Positions 27,272-36,728 of a stretch of DNA of 50,188 nt are shown here, piece by piece. The stretch spans positions 1 to 50,188 of the forward strand of contig CAYWBT010000004.1 of assembly GCA_964456585.1 (NCBI GenBank), in the 5' to 3' direction. The number at the start of each line of letters is the position of its first letter. Position 1 is the stretch's first letter. Under the pieces are notes generated by a model. The model did not search any database. It worked only from the letters and a program-made list of their open reading frames with translations, and had not been told where the DNA came from. The DNA comes from an uncultured bacterium. Lineage in GTDB: Bacteria > Latescibacterota > Latescibacteria > Latescibacterales > Latescibacteraceae. A program made the position numbers and the translations under genes.

Positions 27272-28339
27272 GTGGCGGAAGATCCCGGGCAGGAACGTAC
27301 CGAACAGGCGACAGAACGACGCCGTGAGGAAACGCGAAAGCGGGGGCAGGTGGCGCGGTCCATCGAGATCAATTCCGCTTTTATCCTTCTGGTTGGTTTC
27401 TTTGTCCTCCTGTTTTTTCGGAAGCATATACTCTCCGAACTCTCTTCCATAATGAGAGGATTTTTCACGCTCAGTTCCGGGTTCGCCCTTCACCCTGCCA
27501 ACGCGCAAAATCTCATGATAGACATGATGAGGCATTATTTTACCATCATGCTTCCCATGTTTGTCATTCTAACAGCTGCCGGTATTTTCATCAATGTTAT
27601 CCAGGTCGGTTTTCTTTTTACCGGCTATCCGCTCGTACCGCGACTCGATAAAATAGATCCGCTTCAGGGAATACGACGCATGTTTTCACGGCGTTCTTTT
27701 GAGACGCTGATCAGGAATATTCTGAAGATCGTTGTGGTCGGCTGGATAGCGTATACCGCGGTCAAGGGGATGATCGGGACCATCATGGGTGTCGCGGGCT
27801 CCTCTGCACCGCAGGTGATTACGTTCACCGCGAAATCGGTCTTTTCCATCACCATGAAGATCCTCATCGGGTATGGTATCCTTGCGGTTATCGACTATGC
27901 CTTTCAGCGCTGGGATTATGAAAAGTCCATGATGATGACCCGCCAGGAACTCAGGGAGGAACTGAAGCACCTCGAGGGCGACCCCCTGCTCCGTGCCCGC
28001 ATACGCTCGGTACAGCGTGAAATGGCACGCCGTCGTATGATGGAGGAGGTGCCGAAAGCCGAAGTTGTCATAACCAACCCGACCGAGATAGCGGTGGCGA
28101 TCAAGTACGAACCGGGTATGACGGCTCCGATCGTCATTGCAAAGGGCCGCAAGCTGATTGCGGAGCGAATCAGGAATATTGCTGCCGAGGCAGGGGTACC
28201 GATTGTGGAAAATGTCACCCTTGCCCAGGCACTCTACCGGGCGGTCGATATAGGGCATTTCATTCCGGGTGATCTATTCACCGCGGTGGCGGAAGTCCTT
28301 GCGTATGTTTATCAGCTCAAGGGCAAAAAAGTCGTGTAA
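27272..28339 (+). CDS. flhB: Flagellar export switch protein FlhB
   Basis: ERTEQAT..RR, GQVARS, EGDP, ITNPTE (NPTH variant), APIVIAKG, AVAEVLAYVY. Confidence 0.97.
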   Translation: MAEDPGQERTEQATERRREETRKRGQVARSIEINSAFILLVGFFVLLFFRKHILSELSSIMRGFFTLSSGFALHPANAQNLMIDMMRHYFTIMLPMFVILTAAGIFINVIQVGFLFTGYPLVPRLDKIDPLQGIRRMFSRRSFETLIRNILKIVVVGWIAYTAVKGMIGTIMGVAGSSAPQVITFTAKSVFSITMKILIGYGILAVIDYAFQRWDYEKSMMMTRQELREELKHLEGDPLLRARIRSVQREMARRRMMEEVPKAEVVITNPTEIAVAIKYEPGMTAPIVIAKGRKLIAERIRNIAAEAGVPIVENVTLAQALYRAVDIGHFIPGDLFTAVAEVLAYVYQLKGKKVV

Positions 28340-28439
28340 TATTTTTCAAGTTTACTATATTATACAGACAGGACATGTGTACGGTCATTGTTTTAACCAT
28401 CCGTAAACAGAAGTATCCGGTTCAGGCGGGAGAATAGTT

Positions 28440-30503
28440 GTGGCGGAAATTACCCGTGAAAAAAAGCGTAGCTCAACGTGGTCCGATGCTGTTCTCTCTA
28501 TCATGGTCATTGCCATTCTCGGGGTGATGATCATCCCCATTCCGTCCCCGCTTCTGGATCTTTTTCTCAGCTTCAACATTGTATTTGCTATTGTCATTCT
28601 CCTGGTGACCATGTACATAACCACGCCGCTGGAATTGTCCATATTCCCCGGGATGCTTCTCGTGGCCACGGTGTTCCGGCTGGCGCTGAATGTCGCGAGC
28701 ACGCGTCTCATCCTCGGCAGAGCAGAGGCAGGGAATGTCATCGCTTCGTTCGGGACCTTTGTCGTTCAGGATAATTACGTGGTCGGTTTCATCATTTTCG
28801 TGATTATCATCGTCATCCAGTTCGTGGTGATCACGAAAGGTGCGACCCGTATTGCAGAGGTTTCGGCTCGGTTCACCCTCGATGCCATGCCGGGTAAGCA
28901 AATGGCGATCGACGCCGACCTGAACGCCGGGCTCGTCGATGAACATGAAGCCAGAAACCGCCGTGAACTCATCACCCGTGAAGCCGATTTCTACGGTGCT
29001 ATGGACGGTGCGGCAAAATTTGTTCGCGGGGACGTTATCGCCGGGCTGATCATAACGATTATCAATATCATGGGCGGTTTTGTCATTGGCATGGTACAGC
29101 ATGGTATGACATGGCGTCAATCCATCGCGACCTATTCCATGTTGACAGTGGGTGACGGATTGGTGACCCAGATACCAGCCTTGCTCCTCTCGACCGCAGC
29201 CGGATTGATCGTAACACGTGCAACATCGGAATCCAACCTCGGCGAGGATCTGCGTGTCCAGGTGACCAGAAGGCCGGCGGCAATTGTTATCGCGGCGATT
29301 GTCATAGCCTTTTTCGGTCTCATCCCCGGGCTTCCCACGCGGCCGTTCTTTATTCTTGCGGTTGCCGCCGGTGTTTATGCTGCCATCGTGATTCGTCAAC
29401 AGTCGGCTGCCGAGCGTACCCTGATCGCTGAAGAGGCGAGGGAGGCCGAAGAAATTCCCGAGCGCATCGAGGATTATCTGGCGATTGATATTCTCAGCGT
29501 CGAGATCGGGTATGGTCTCATCCCCCTAGTTGATGAATCTCAGGGAGGGGACTTTCTCGACCGCGTTACTACCCTCCGCCGGCAGATAGCCCAAGAGCTC
29601 GGCATCATCATTCCCCCGGTCAGGATACGCGACAATATCCGACTCGGTTCGGATGAGTATACCATTGCCATTCGGAGTAATGAGGTGACCCAGGGACGTC
29701 TCCAGACCGGAAAGTTTCTCGCCATGAATCCGGGTACTGCTGAAGAGGAACTCGAGGGAGAGGACACGTTTGAACCCGCATTCGGACTCAAGGCGAAGTG
29801 GATTACCACATTGGTAAAAGAGCAGGCCGAACTTGCCGGATACACTGTTGTTGAGCCCTCAAGCGTTCTTGCGACACACCTCTCTGAGGTCATCAAGCAG
29901 TATGCACACGAGATCATTTCACGGCAGGATGTACAGACCCTCATCGATAACGTGAAAAATGACTACCCCGTTCTTATCGACGATCTGGTTCCGAACGTTC
30001 TGCCACTCGGCACGCTTCAGAAAGTCCTCCAGCATCTTTTGAGGGAGCGTGTTCCGGTCCGGGACCTCGTCACCATCATCGAGACGGTGGGAGATTACGC
30101 CGCGACAAACAAGGATCCGCATGCGCTCGGTGAGCTTGCGAGAGCGGCCCTTTACAGAACGATCACAAAGATGTATATTGAAGAGAGCGGGCAGATCAAG
30201 GTGTTTACCCTGTCGCCCGAACTGGAGAGGATGATCATGGACAACATGCAGTCATATGCGCAGGGTGTTGTGGTTAATCTCGCTCCGGATATCATCGACA
30301 AGATTCTCAAGGCGGTAGGCCGGCTGTATGAGCAAATGCTGTCGAACGATCAGCAGCCGATCGTCCTGTCATCGACGAGCATTCGGTTTGCATTCAGGAC
30401 ACTGGTGGAGGTGAATTTTCCAAAGCTCGCTGTCATTTCGTATAATGAAGTTGCGCCGGAAGTTGAACTGTTTTCTGTTGGTGTAGTGAAGATCGAGACA
30501 TGA
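28440..30503 (+). CDS. flhA: Flagellar export protein FlhA
   Basis: FRLALNVASTRLIL, RIAEVSARFTLDAMPGKQMAIDADL, FYGAMDGAAKFVRGD. Confidence 0.98.
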   Translation: MAEITREKKRSSTWSDAVLSIMVIAILGVMIIPIPSPLLDLFLSFNIVFAIVILLVTMYITTPLELSIFPGMLLVATVFRLALNVASTRLILGRAEAGNVIASFGTFVVQDNYVVGFIIFVIIIVIQFVVITKGATRIAEVSARFTLDAMPGKQMAIDADLNAGLVDEHEARNRRELITREADFYGAMDGAAKFVRGDVIAGLIITIINIMGGFVIGMVQHGMTWRQSIATYSMLTVGDGLVTQIPALLLSTAAGLIVTRATSESNLGEDLRVQVTRRPAAIVIAAIVIAFFGLIPGLPTRPFFILAVAAGVYAAIVIRQQSAAERTLIAEEAREAEEIPERIEDYLAIDILSVEIGYGLIPLVDESQGGDFLDRVTTLRRQIAQELGIIIPPVRIRDNIRLGSDEYTIAIRSNEVTQGRLQTGKFLAMNPGTAEEELEGEDTFEPAFGLKAKWITTLVKEQAELAGYTVVEPSSVLATHLSEVIKQYAHEIISRQDVQTLIDNVKNDYPVLIDDLVPNVLPLGTLQKVLQHLLRERVPVRDLVTIIETVGDYAATNKDPHALGELARAALYRTITKMYIEESGQIKVFTLSPELERMIMDNMQSYAQGVVVNLAPDIIDKILKAVGRLYEQMLSNDQQPIVLSSTSIRFAFRTLVEVNFPKLAVISYNEVAPEVELFSVGVVKIET

Positions 30504-31714
30504 ATATCAAAAAATTTACCGCTCCGACAATGAGCGAGGCTCTCGCGAAGGTACGGGCTGAGCTTGGAACAGATGCCATCATTCTCAAAACCCGAAGCAA
30601 CCGTAAGGGTGGCGTCTTTGATTTCATCGGGCACTCGCTCGTCGAGGTCACCGCTGCTGTGGATGACAAGACCACAAAGCGTCACACGGCCAAGCACAGT
30701 CCGTCTGAGACGGTGCCCGAAACTATCGAACCCGTAACGTATCAGCCGAAGAAATCCCCGGCATACGATCTGTCCTATGGCAAGCTGGCGAGCAATGCCC
30801 AGATGAGTGATCTGAGTGCCCTTGTCGACATCGAGGGGATCATGCAGGATATCAAGGAACTGAAAAACTCGATTAAGGTTCTTGCCGATTCCTCCCTTAC
30901 CGGTGAGATGACGGGGTTGCCGAAAAACCTGGCGGCGCTGCTGACCACGATGAACTCCGTGGGATACAACGATAAGATAGCGAAACGGATTATCCGTCAA
31001 CTGTTGAATGAACTCGGAGGTGCTGAACTGGCCGACCGCACTGTACTCCTCGAACGAGCCACGGGGCTCCTGTGTTGCGGCCTGACTGAGGTACTCCCCA
31101 TTTCGTTCGGCGGAGTCAAGCGCAAGATCGTAGCGTTTGTCGGCCCCACCGACACCGGGAAAACGACGACAATCGCCAAGCTCGCGACCGATTTTACCCT
31201 CAACATGAACAAGAAAGTAAGTGTGCTGACTATCGACACGAAGCGCATCGATGCAGTCGGCCAGTTGAAGTCCTACTGCCGAATCATCAAGATTCCGCTC
31301 CACATTGCGTACACACCCGATGAGCTTCCCACAATCATGCCGCGGTTGATGGGGAGTGACATAACGCTGGTTGATACGCCCGGATCCGGCCCCTTGGACC
31401 GGAAACAGATGCTCGACATGGTCGAATTCCTCCAGCGGCTGGTTCCCCAGGAGGTGCATCTCACCATGAGTGTGACCACGTCGCTCGGGGATATGAAACA
31501 GATATTTGAGAATTTCGGCACACTGAAACCGAATCGCGTTCTCTATACCAAGCTCGACGAAACCGACAAGTACGGGACGATGATATCATTTGCGATTACT
31601 TCGAAGAAACCGATGTCATATGTAACGTTCGGGCAGAATGTGCCGGGGGATTTTTCCCTTGCCGAACCTGAGAAACTCGTGCGGAACAGTCTCACAGAAA
31701 ACCTTGTCGAGTAA
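30500..31714 (+). CDS. flhF: SRP-type GTPase FlhF
   Basis: MNIKKFTAPTMSEALAKVRAELG, G1 GPTDTGKTTT, DTPG, TKLDE, GQNVP; follows flhA. Confidence 0.93.
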   Translation: MNIKKFTAPTMSEALAKVRAELGTDAIILKTRSNRKGGVFDFIGHSLVEVTAAVDDKTTKRHTAKHSPSETVPETIEPVTYQPKKSPAYDLSYGKLASNAQMSDLSALVDIEGIMQDIKELKNSIKVLADSSLTGEMTGLPKNLAALLTTMNSVGYNDKIAKRIIRQLLNELGGAELADRTVLLERATGLLCCGLTEVLPISFGGVKRKIVAFVGPTDTGKTTTIAKLATDFTLNMNKKVSVLTIDTKRIDAVGQLKSYCRIIKIPLHIAYTPDELPTIMPRLMGSDITLVDTPGSGPLDRKQMLDMVEFLQRLVPQEVHLTMSVTTSLGDMKQIFENFGTLKPNRVLYTKLDETDKYGTMISFAITSKKPMSYVTFGQNVPGDFSLAEPEKLVRNSLTENLVE

Positions 31715-31750
31715 AAGCGAAGACAGTTCAAGACGGGAAAATGGCCGACC

Positions 31751-32551
31751 ATGCTGGGAAATAAGAGCACCGGAGGATTAGACGGTAAAACATACGCCAT
31801 TACCAGTGGAAAAGGGGGTGTGGGAAAAACCTCGTGTGCGGTTAATCTTTCCATCACCTTGAGCAGGGCCGGATTTAAGGTTCTCCTGATCGATGCGGAT
31901 ATGGGACTCGCCAATGTTGATCTTCTCACCGGCGTCTCGGCCCCCCACACCATCGAAGAGGTTATCAGGGGGGAGGCGAGTATCTTCGACGCCCTTGCCG
32001 AGGGGCCAGAAGGATTAACGCTGCTCACCGCGGGTTCGGGGCTGGAGGACATTAGCACCATTGCACCGGACAAGGCGGGGAAGTTTGAAAAAGAACTATT
32101 GAAACTCGAAAACGCCTTTGACTTTGTTTTCATTGATACGGGAGCGGGAATATCGGCGAATGTCATTGATTTTGTCTTCATGGCGGATGAGGTTATTGTC
32201 ATCATGACACCCGAACCGACTGCGTTTGCCGATGCGTACGCGATGGTCAAGATTGTTACCCTGAAGGAGCCATCGCTGAAGGTAAGTGTGATCATCAACC
32301 AGTCATCCGGAGAGCATGCTTCCCGTATTATATTCGACAAGTTCCGGGAAATTGTCGAAAAATTCCTCGGAAGGAATGTCGTCTATCACGGCTGTATTGC
32401 GCAAGACAAGACGGTGGCGGAATCGGTCATGCGACAGATTCCCCTTGCCCTGTTCGCATCGAAATCACCGGCGATGCAGTCAATAAGGAAAATCGCACGG
32501 AATATGCTCGGTTTGGAAAGTCCTAAACCAAGAACGATCTTTAACCGATAA
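31751..32551 (+). CDS. flhG: MinD-like ATPase FlhG/FleN
   Basis: ITSGKGGVGKT, DADMGLAN, IDTGAGI, TPEPTAFADAY; between flhF and fliA. Confidence 0.93.
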   Translation: MLGNKSTGGLDGKTYAITSGKGGVGKTSCAVNLSITLSRAGFKVLLIDADMGLANVDLLTGVSAPHTIEEVIRGEASIFDALAEGPEGLTLLTAGSGLEDISTIAPDKAGKFEKELLKLENAFDFVFIDTGAGISANVIDFVFMADEVIVIMTPEPTAFADAYAMVKIVTLKEPSLKVSVIINQSSGEHASRIIFDKFREIVEKFLGRNVVYHGCIAQDKTVAESVMRQIPLALFASKSPAMQSIRKIARNMLGLESPKPRTIFNR

Positions 32552-32556
32552 AGGGA

Positions 32557-33369
32557 ATGGATGGTATGACCAGGAAAAAAGACGTTTCCGGGAGTACAGC
32601 GAGCGGTGGCCGAACAAGTGCCAAGGCAATCAATGCCTATGACAAGATGTCGACTGAAAAGAGGCAGAATCAACTTGTTCGGGAACATCTCAGCTTGGTA
32701 AACTTCATTGTGGCGCGCCTGGCAATCGGCCTTCCCAGCTGGATAGATAAACGTGACCTGATCAGTACGGGGGTTATCGGTTTGATTGATGCGGCGAAAA
32801 ATTATGATCCCCTGAAGGGTGTAAAATTCGAGACGTACGCGTCCACAAGAATCAGGGGAGCAATAATCGATGAGTTGCGGGCACTCGACTGGGTGCCGCG
32901 CTCGACCCGTGAAAAGGCCAAGGAGATCGAAGGAGCGATTTCGAACCTCATTGGAAAAATTGGAAGATATCCCACCGACCAGGAAATAGCCGAGGAGCTC
33001 GATTGGGATATGGATAAGTATCACAAGGTCATCGACCAGGTTTCCGGGACAACGCTCCTCTCACTGGACGAGGTAATAACAACTTCACATGATGGTGACA
33101 CGATTCGGCGCATCGACACGGTGTCCAGGGACGATGAAAATGCGCTGAAATCGATTGAACGCCAGGAACTGGTCGACAATGTGGCTAAAGTAATCAGCAC
33201 GCTTTCGGAACAGGAGCGGCTGGTCGTCGCGTTATATTACTATGAGGAATTGACACTGAAGGAGATCGGTATTGTTCTGAAAGTTTCGGAATCCCGGGTT
33301 TCCCAGATTCATACGACAACCATTCTCAAGGTCCGGGCAAAACTCAAGACGATCTATTCGGGAACGTAA
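32557..33369 (+). CDS. fliA: RNA polymerase sigma-28 factor FliA
   Basis: FETYASTRIRGAIIDELRALDWVPRS, LYYYEELTLKEIG, VSESRVSQIH. Confidence 0.97.
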   Translation: MDGMTRKKDVSGSTASGGRTSAKAINAYDKMSTEKRQNQLVREHLSLVNFIVARLAIGLPSWIDKRDLISTGVIGLIDAAKNYDPLKGVKFETYASTRIRGAIIDELRALDWVPRSTREKAKEIEGAISNLIGKIGRYPTDQEIAEELDWDMDKYHKVIDQVSGTTLLSLDEVITTSHDGDTIRRIDTVSRDDENALKSIERQELVDNVAKVISTLSEQERLVVALYYYEELTLKEIGIVLKVSESRVSQIHTTTILKVRAKLKTIYSGT

Positions 33370-33382
33370 GAGGATATGGCGT

Positions 33383-33718
33383 ATGGTAAGACCGATCGAG
33401 ATAACCGATGCTTTGTCGAAAGCGCAGGAAGTTGGCAGGATGCAGCAGAATGCGGAGATGCGTCCTGAAGCCGCTCAGGAGTTTCAGAAAACCGCGGCAG
33501 ATAAATTGCATGTTCAGGAGGTGACTGCACCCTCTCCCACTCCCCACCCCGACGAAGTAGTCCTTCATATCGACGAGCAGGAAGAGGAAAAGCGACAGAC
33601 TGCAGAAGATCAGCAGACGGGTGAACAGGGAAAAGAGAAAAAAGAGGAACCGGCACCTGACGGGAACGATGATGAAGAGGCTCCAGGGCAGTCCGGTCAC
33701 ATCGATATAAAGGTTTAA
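33383..33718 (+). CDS. Small acidic hypothetical protein downstream of fliA
   Basis: SD GAGGA; MVRPIEI... N-terminus, Q/E-rich body, C-terminal GHIDIKV; followed by a terminator. Confidence 0.8.
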   Translation: MVRPIEITDALSKAQEVGRMQQNAEMRPEAAQEFQKTAADKLHVQEVTAPSPTPHPDEVVLHIDEQEEEKRQTAEDQQTGEQGKEKKEEPAPDGNDDEEAPGQSGHIDIKV

Positions 33719-33752
33719 CCGGAATTCATGTACCACGTGAAGGTGTTTCACC

Positions 33753-33790
33753 GCTGGAGAGGGTGTACTGTACTCTTTTCAGTTTTTTTT
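33753..33790 (+). terminator. Rho-independent terminator ending the flh/fliA transcript
   Basis: CTGGAGAGGGTG/TACTCTTTTCAG stem (with GU pairs) followed by T8. Confidence 0.65.
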
Positions 33791-33821
33791 ATTCGAGAAT
33801 CTCCGGCACCGGGTTTGAGGA

Positions 33822-35438
33822 GTGACCATGGTGAAAATAACAGGGCCGGGACTTCCACCCCAAAAGGGAGCAGCGACACCGCCTGAAACAGCGGTAGTGA
33901 GCGGTCAGATGCCCGTGCAAAAGGATTCGAGCCTCACGCCTGCAGCACGTCTCACCAGACTTTTCGCCGACCGGAACATCTCGTTACCCTCTTCTCAGAT
34001 TCGCGCTCTTGCGGCAGAACTTCTCGCGCTCGGTTTTGATGCTTCCGAATTAACCGGCGACACCGCACTCAGGGCTCTGCTCCTGCACCGTCACAACATA
34101 CCTTTAACCAGCGAATTAATCGACTACTCATTCGACGGTGCGCGCATGATTTTCGGGGACATCGGAGTGCTCCATGATCACGCACGCATGCTGCTCGCCG
34201 ATTTTAACCTTTCGCCCCTGAACAAGCAGACGGTCGATTCATTGACGAGAACGCTCACGAATATTCTGCAGGGGAATGTGTCCCCGGAGTCGCTTCGATT
34301 CGCGCTCGAGGACGTGGTGGATCTCTGGGGGCACGAGGTCGAGTCGAGGCTTGTCGCGCTGCTCAAGAGTGGTGCTATCGAAGGAGCCGATGGGTATGGC
34401 GGCAAACAGGGATCTGTCGGGAAGGAAATTGAAAGTCTCCTCGCGGCCGGGCTGCAATCGAGAAATGATGGCGAGGCGGATTCACTCGTATCAGCACTGA
34501 GAAGCGCCGTTTCAGCACTGCGCGCACAGATTCAGGCTGGCGATCCGGGACGTGCCGCGGCCGCCGCTGTAGTGAGGACCATGGTTGCTTCACTCGGCAG
34601 CCGGCTCGCAGAGGCTGTCGGGGAATTTGTCGCTACCGGAGATACGGGAGCGGTGCAGGTGGCAGGCATGATAGGGGAATTTCTGGAAAAACAGGTGCAA
34701 ATTCTCGAGGACAGGCTTCTTGTACACCTGCCGGTCGATTCGGCGGAGGGTCCTGATCTGCTTCCGGAGGGAGCGCTGGATGCTGCCCGGATTGGGAATA
34801 TCATCAGGAAGGGCGGTATGGCTTTCGAATGGCAGATCCTTGCATGGTATCGATCGGGGAGGACTCCCGGCCGCCTCGCAGCACTCGTAAACGGTGACCT
34901 CAAGGGCGGTCTCATCGAATTTCTCAACCGCATCAAACGTAACCGTGAGAAAGGCGCCGCCCGCAGGAACATCACTCGTTTGGAACAAGAATCCCGCACG
35001 CTCCTGGAGCGGATCACGAACCGGCAGGTTACGAACATTCTCAACGAGCACAGCGGCCAGAGGGGATACCACTTCGAACTGCCGCTCGCCGTGGAACCGG
35101 AGAAGGGAAGTGCCAGGATTCTTGTTCATGACCGGAAAGATCAGAACGAACGCCTGCCCGGTAAGCGCGATATCACCCTGTCGTTCCAGATTGAAACCTC
35201 GAATATCGGCAGGGTAGATGTTCTACTGACCACCTCGGAGAAGAACGTCTCACTGCATTTTTTATTTGAGAGTGAGTCGGATGTCGAACTTGGGCGCGAG
35301 ATGAGCGGGGAAATCCGGGAAGCCTTTCTGGTACGGGGCTACACGGTCGGATCAATCGTGTGTTCCCATCGTGACAACCACGGCGAATCGGAAGAGCACC
35401 GTATAGGAAAGAAAAAATCGCTGGATGTGCGCAGGTGA
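33822..35438 (+). CDS. Second FliK-like protein (C-terminal hook-length-control-like domain)
   Basis: C-terminal ITLSFQIETSNIGRVDVLL...EIREAFLVRGYTVGSIVC resembles the FliK T3S4 domain; overlaps the downstream FlhB-C-like gene. Confidence 0.65.
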   Translation: MTMVKITGPGLPPQKGAATPPETAVVSGQMPVQKDSSLTPAARLTRLFADRNISLPSSQIRALAAELLALGFDASELTGDTALRALLLHRHNIPLTSELIDYSFDGARMIFGDIGVLHDHARMLLADFNLSPLNKQTVDSLTRTLTNILQGNVSPESLRFALEDVVDLWGHEVESRLVALLKSGAIEGADGYGGKQGSVGKEIESLLAAGLQSRNDGEADSLVSALRSAVSALRAQIQAGDPGRAAAAAVVRTMVASLGSRLAEAVGEFVATGDTGAVQVAGMIGEFLEKQVQILEDRLLVHLPVDSAEGPDLLPEGALDAARIGNIIRKGGMAFEWQILAWYRSGRTPGRLAALVNGDLKGGLIEFLNRIKRNREKGAARRNITRLEQESRTLLERITNRQVTNILNEHSGQRGYHFELPLAVEPEKGSARILVHDRKDQNERLPGKRDITLSFQIETSNIGRVDVLLTTSEKNVSLHFLFESESDVELGREMSGEIREAFLVRGYTVGSIVCSHRDNHGESEEHRIGKKKSLDVRR

Positions 35439-35731
35439 AAAAACTCAGAAAACAGCCGCTCCATGGCCGAAAATCGGCCGCTGCGCTCCGCTACCGTCAA
35501 GGTGATGATCACGCACCGCGGCTCGTTGCTAAAGGTATGGATAGCCTGGCGGAAAAGATCATAGAAGCGGCACGTCAGGCCGGAGTTCCCATCCACGAAG
35601 ACCCTGACCTGGTGGCCATGCTCATGGCCCTGGATATCGATCAGATGATTCCCCCGGAACTGTATGTTTCCGTGGCCGAGGTACTGGCATTCATTTACCG
35701 GATGAACGGGAAAGCGACAAAGGATAGGTGA
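35435..35731 (+). CDS. Stand-alone FlhB C-terminal-like protein (EscU/YscU/HrcU family, YlqH/FlhX-like)
   Basis: AAALRY...APRLVAKG...AEKIIEAARQAGVPIHEDPDL...IPPELYVSVAEVLAFIY. Confidence 0.92.
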   Translation: MKKLRKQPLHGRKSAAALRYRQGDDHAPRLVAKGMDSLAEKIIEAARQAGVPIHEDPDLVAMLMALDIDQMIPPELYVSVAEVLAFIYRMNGKATKDR

Positions 35732-36540
35732 TTATGACTGATAAAAAATCTCACTGTATACTCTATTTTCATGTACTCGATGAGCTTGAAGGACTCGGAC
35801 GATCCCGCGAGAATCTCGGTGATAAACTCAGAGAATCGTTGGGTATATTAAAAAAAGTGATTGCGTATAATTCGGCGAGTCTGTTTTTATATGATCATGA
35901 AAAAGAACTATTCGAGGAAGCGGCCACCTTCGGGAAGAAGGTCGATCTCATCAAGAACATAAAGGTTGACAATGATGACAGTGTGAGTGAGCGAGATGCC
36001 CGGCAGCGTCGTTCGGTGTTTATGCCGGATGTCCAGGAGAAAAGAACCAGAGATTTTCGGTCGGTTATTTCAGTGCCGCTCATAAACGGGGGTGAACTGG
36101 ACGGTGTCGTCAATATTGGGAATAAAACGCCGTTCTATTATACGGAAGAGCACCGGCAGTTTCTCGAAATCTTTGCGGGCCAAATAGCTCGCATGATCAA
36201 GAGAGCACGGTTCGAGCAGATATTCAACGAAAACAACATCCTACTTGAACGTGCCCGCGAAACAATAACCGAACAGGAGGAACGAATCAGTGCTCTGGAA
36301 AAGAGGGAAGTCCTCACCAAAATGGCCGCCTCGATTAATCATGAGATCAATAATCCCCTGACCACCATCATGGGTACCATCGAACTGTTACTCATGATAA
36401 GGACCGATCTTGACGAGACACTGGAGAAAAAACTGAAAATCGTCCTTGAAGAAAGCCACCGGGTAAAAGAAATCATCGAGAAGTTCAGCGCACAAAAGAG
36501 ATCGTTGGAAAAACACTCAAAAAACTCCGGGGAAACATAA
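35728..36540 (+). CDS. GAF domain plus HisKA (DHp) protein lacking the ATP-binding domain
   Basis: GAF (SASLFLYD, RSVISVPL, GVVNIG, FLEIFAGQIA), coiled coil, H-box NHEINNPL; ends without N/G boxes. Confidence 0.8.
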   Translation: MIMTDKKSHCILYFHVLDELEGLGRSRENLGDKLRESLGILKKVIAYNSASLFLYDHEKELFEEAATFGKKVDLIKNIKVDNDDSVSERDARQRRSVFMPDVQEKRTRDFRSVISVPLINGGELDGVVNIGNKTPFYYTEEHRQFLEIFAGQIARMIKRARFEQIFNENNILLERARETITEQEERISALEKREVLTKMAASINHEINNPLTTIMGTIELLLMIRTDLDETLEKKLKIVLEESHRVKEIIEKFSAQKRSLEKHSKNSGET

Positions 36541-36575
36541 CCCTGACGCCTGTTACGACAGAAGCCGGGGGGAAC

Positions 36576-36608
36576 GGAAAAACTTTCCGGGAGAGGGAAT
36601 AATCTTCT
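36576..36608. promoter_or_regulatory. Tandem putative enhancer sites upstream of the flgF sigma54 promoter
   Basis: GGAAA-AAC-TTTCC (36576) and GGAAT-AAT-CTTCT (36596), 20 bp apart. Confidence 0.6.
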
Positions 36609-36728
36609 CCCGACTGGTTTCGCCAGTGTACACGCCCCAGAATACTGGGGAGTATTGCTGAGCATAAACGACATATAAACAACATGATATATGAGGTTTG
36701 CTATTATTTTTCAGCAAGCCTTTTTTTA

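Noticed and set aside
25072-30503. Export genes as a possible injectisome T3SS
   Set aside because: Rod, hook, ring, stator, fliA and flagellin genes establish a flagellar system; no secretin or needle genes.
28473-31459. Long minus-strand ORFs (308 aa and 369 aa)
   Set aside because: Shadow frames of flhA and flhF, expected from codon bias at this GC content.
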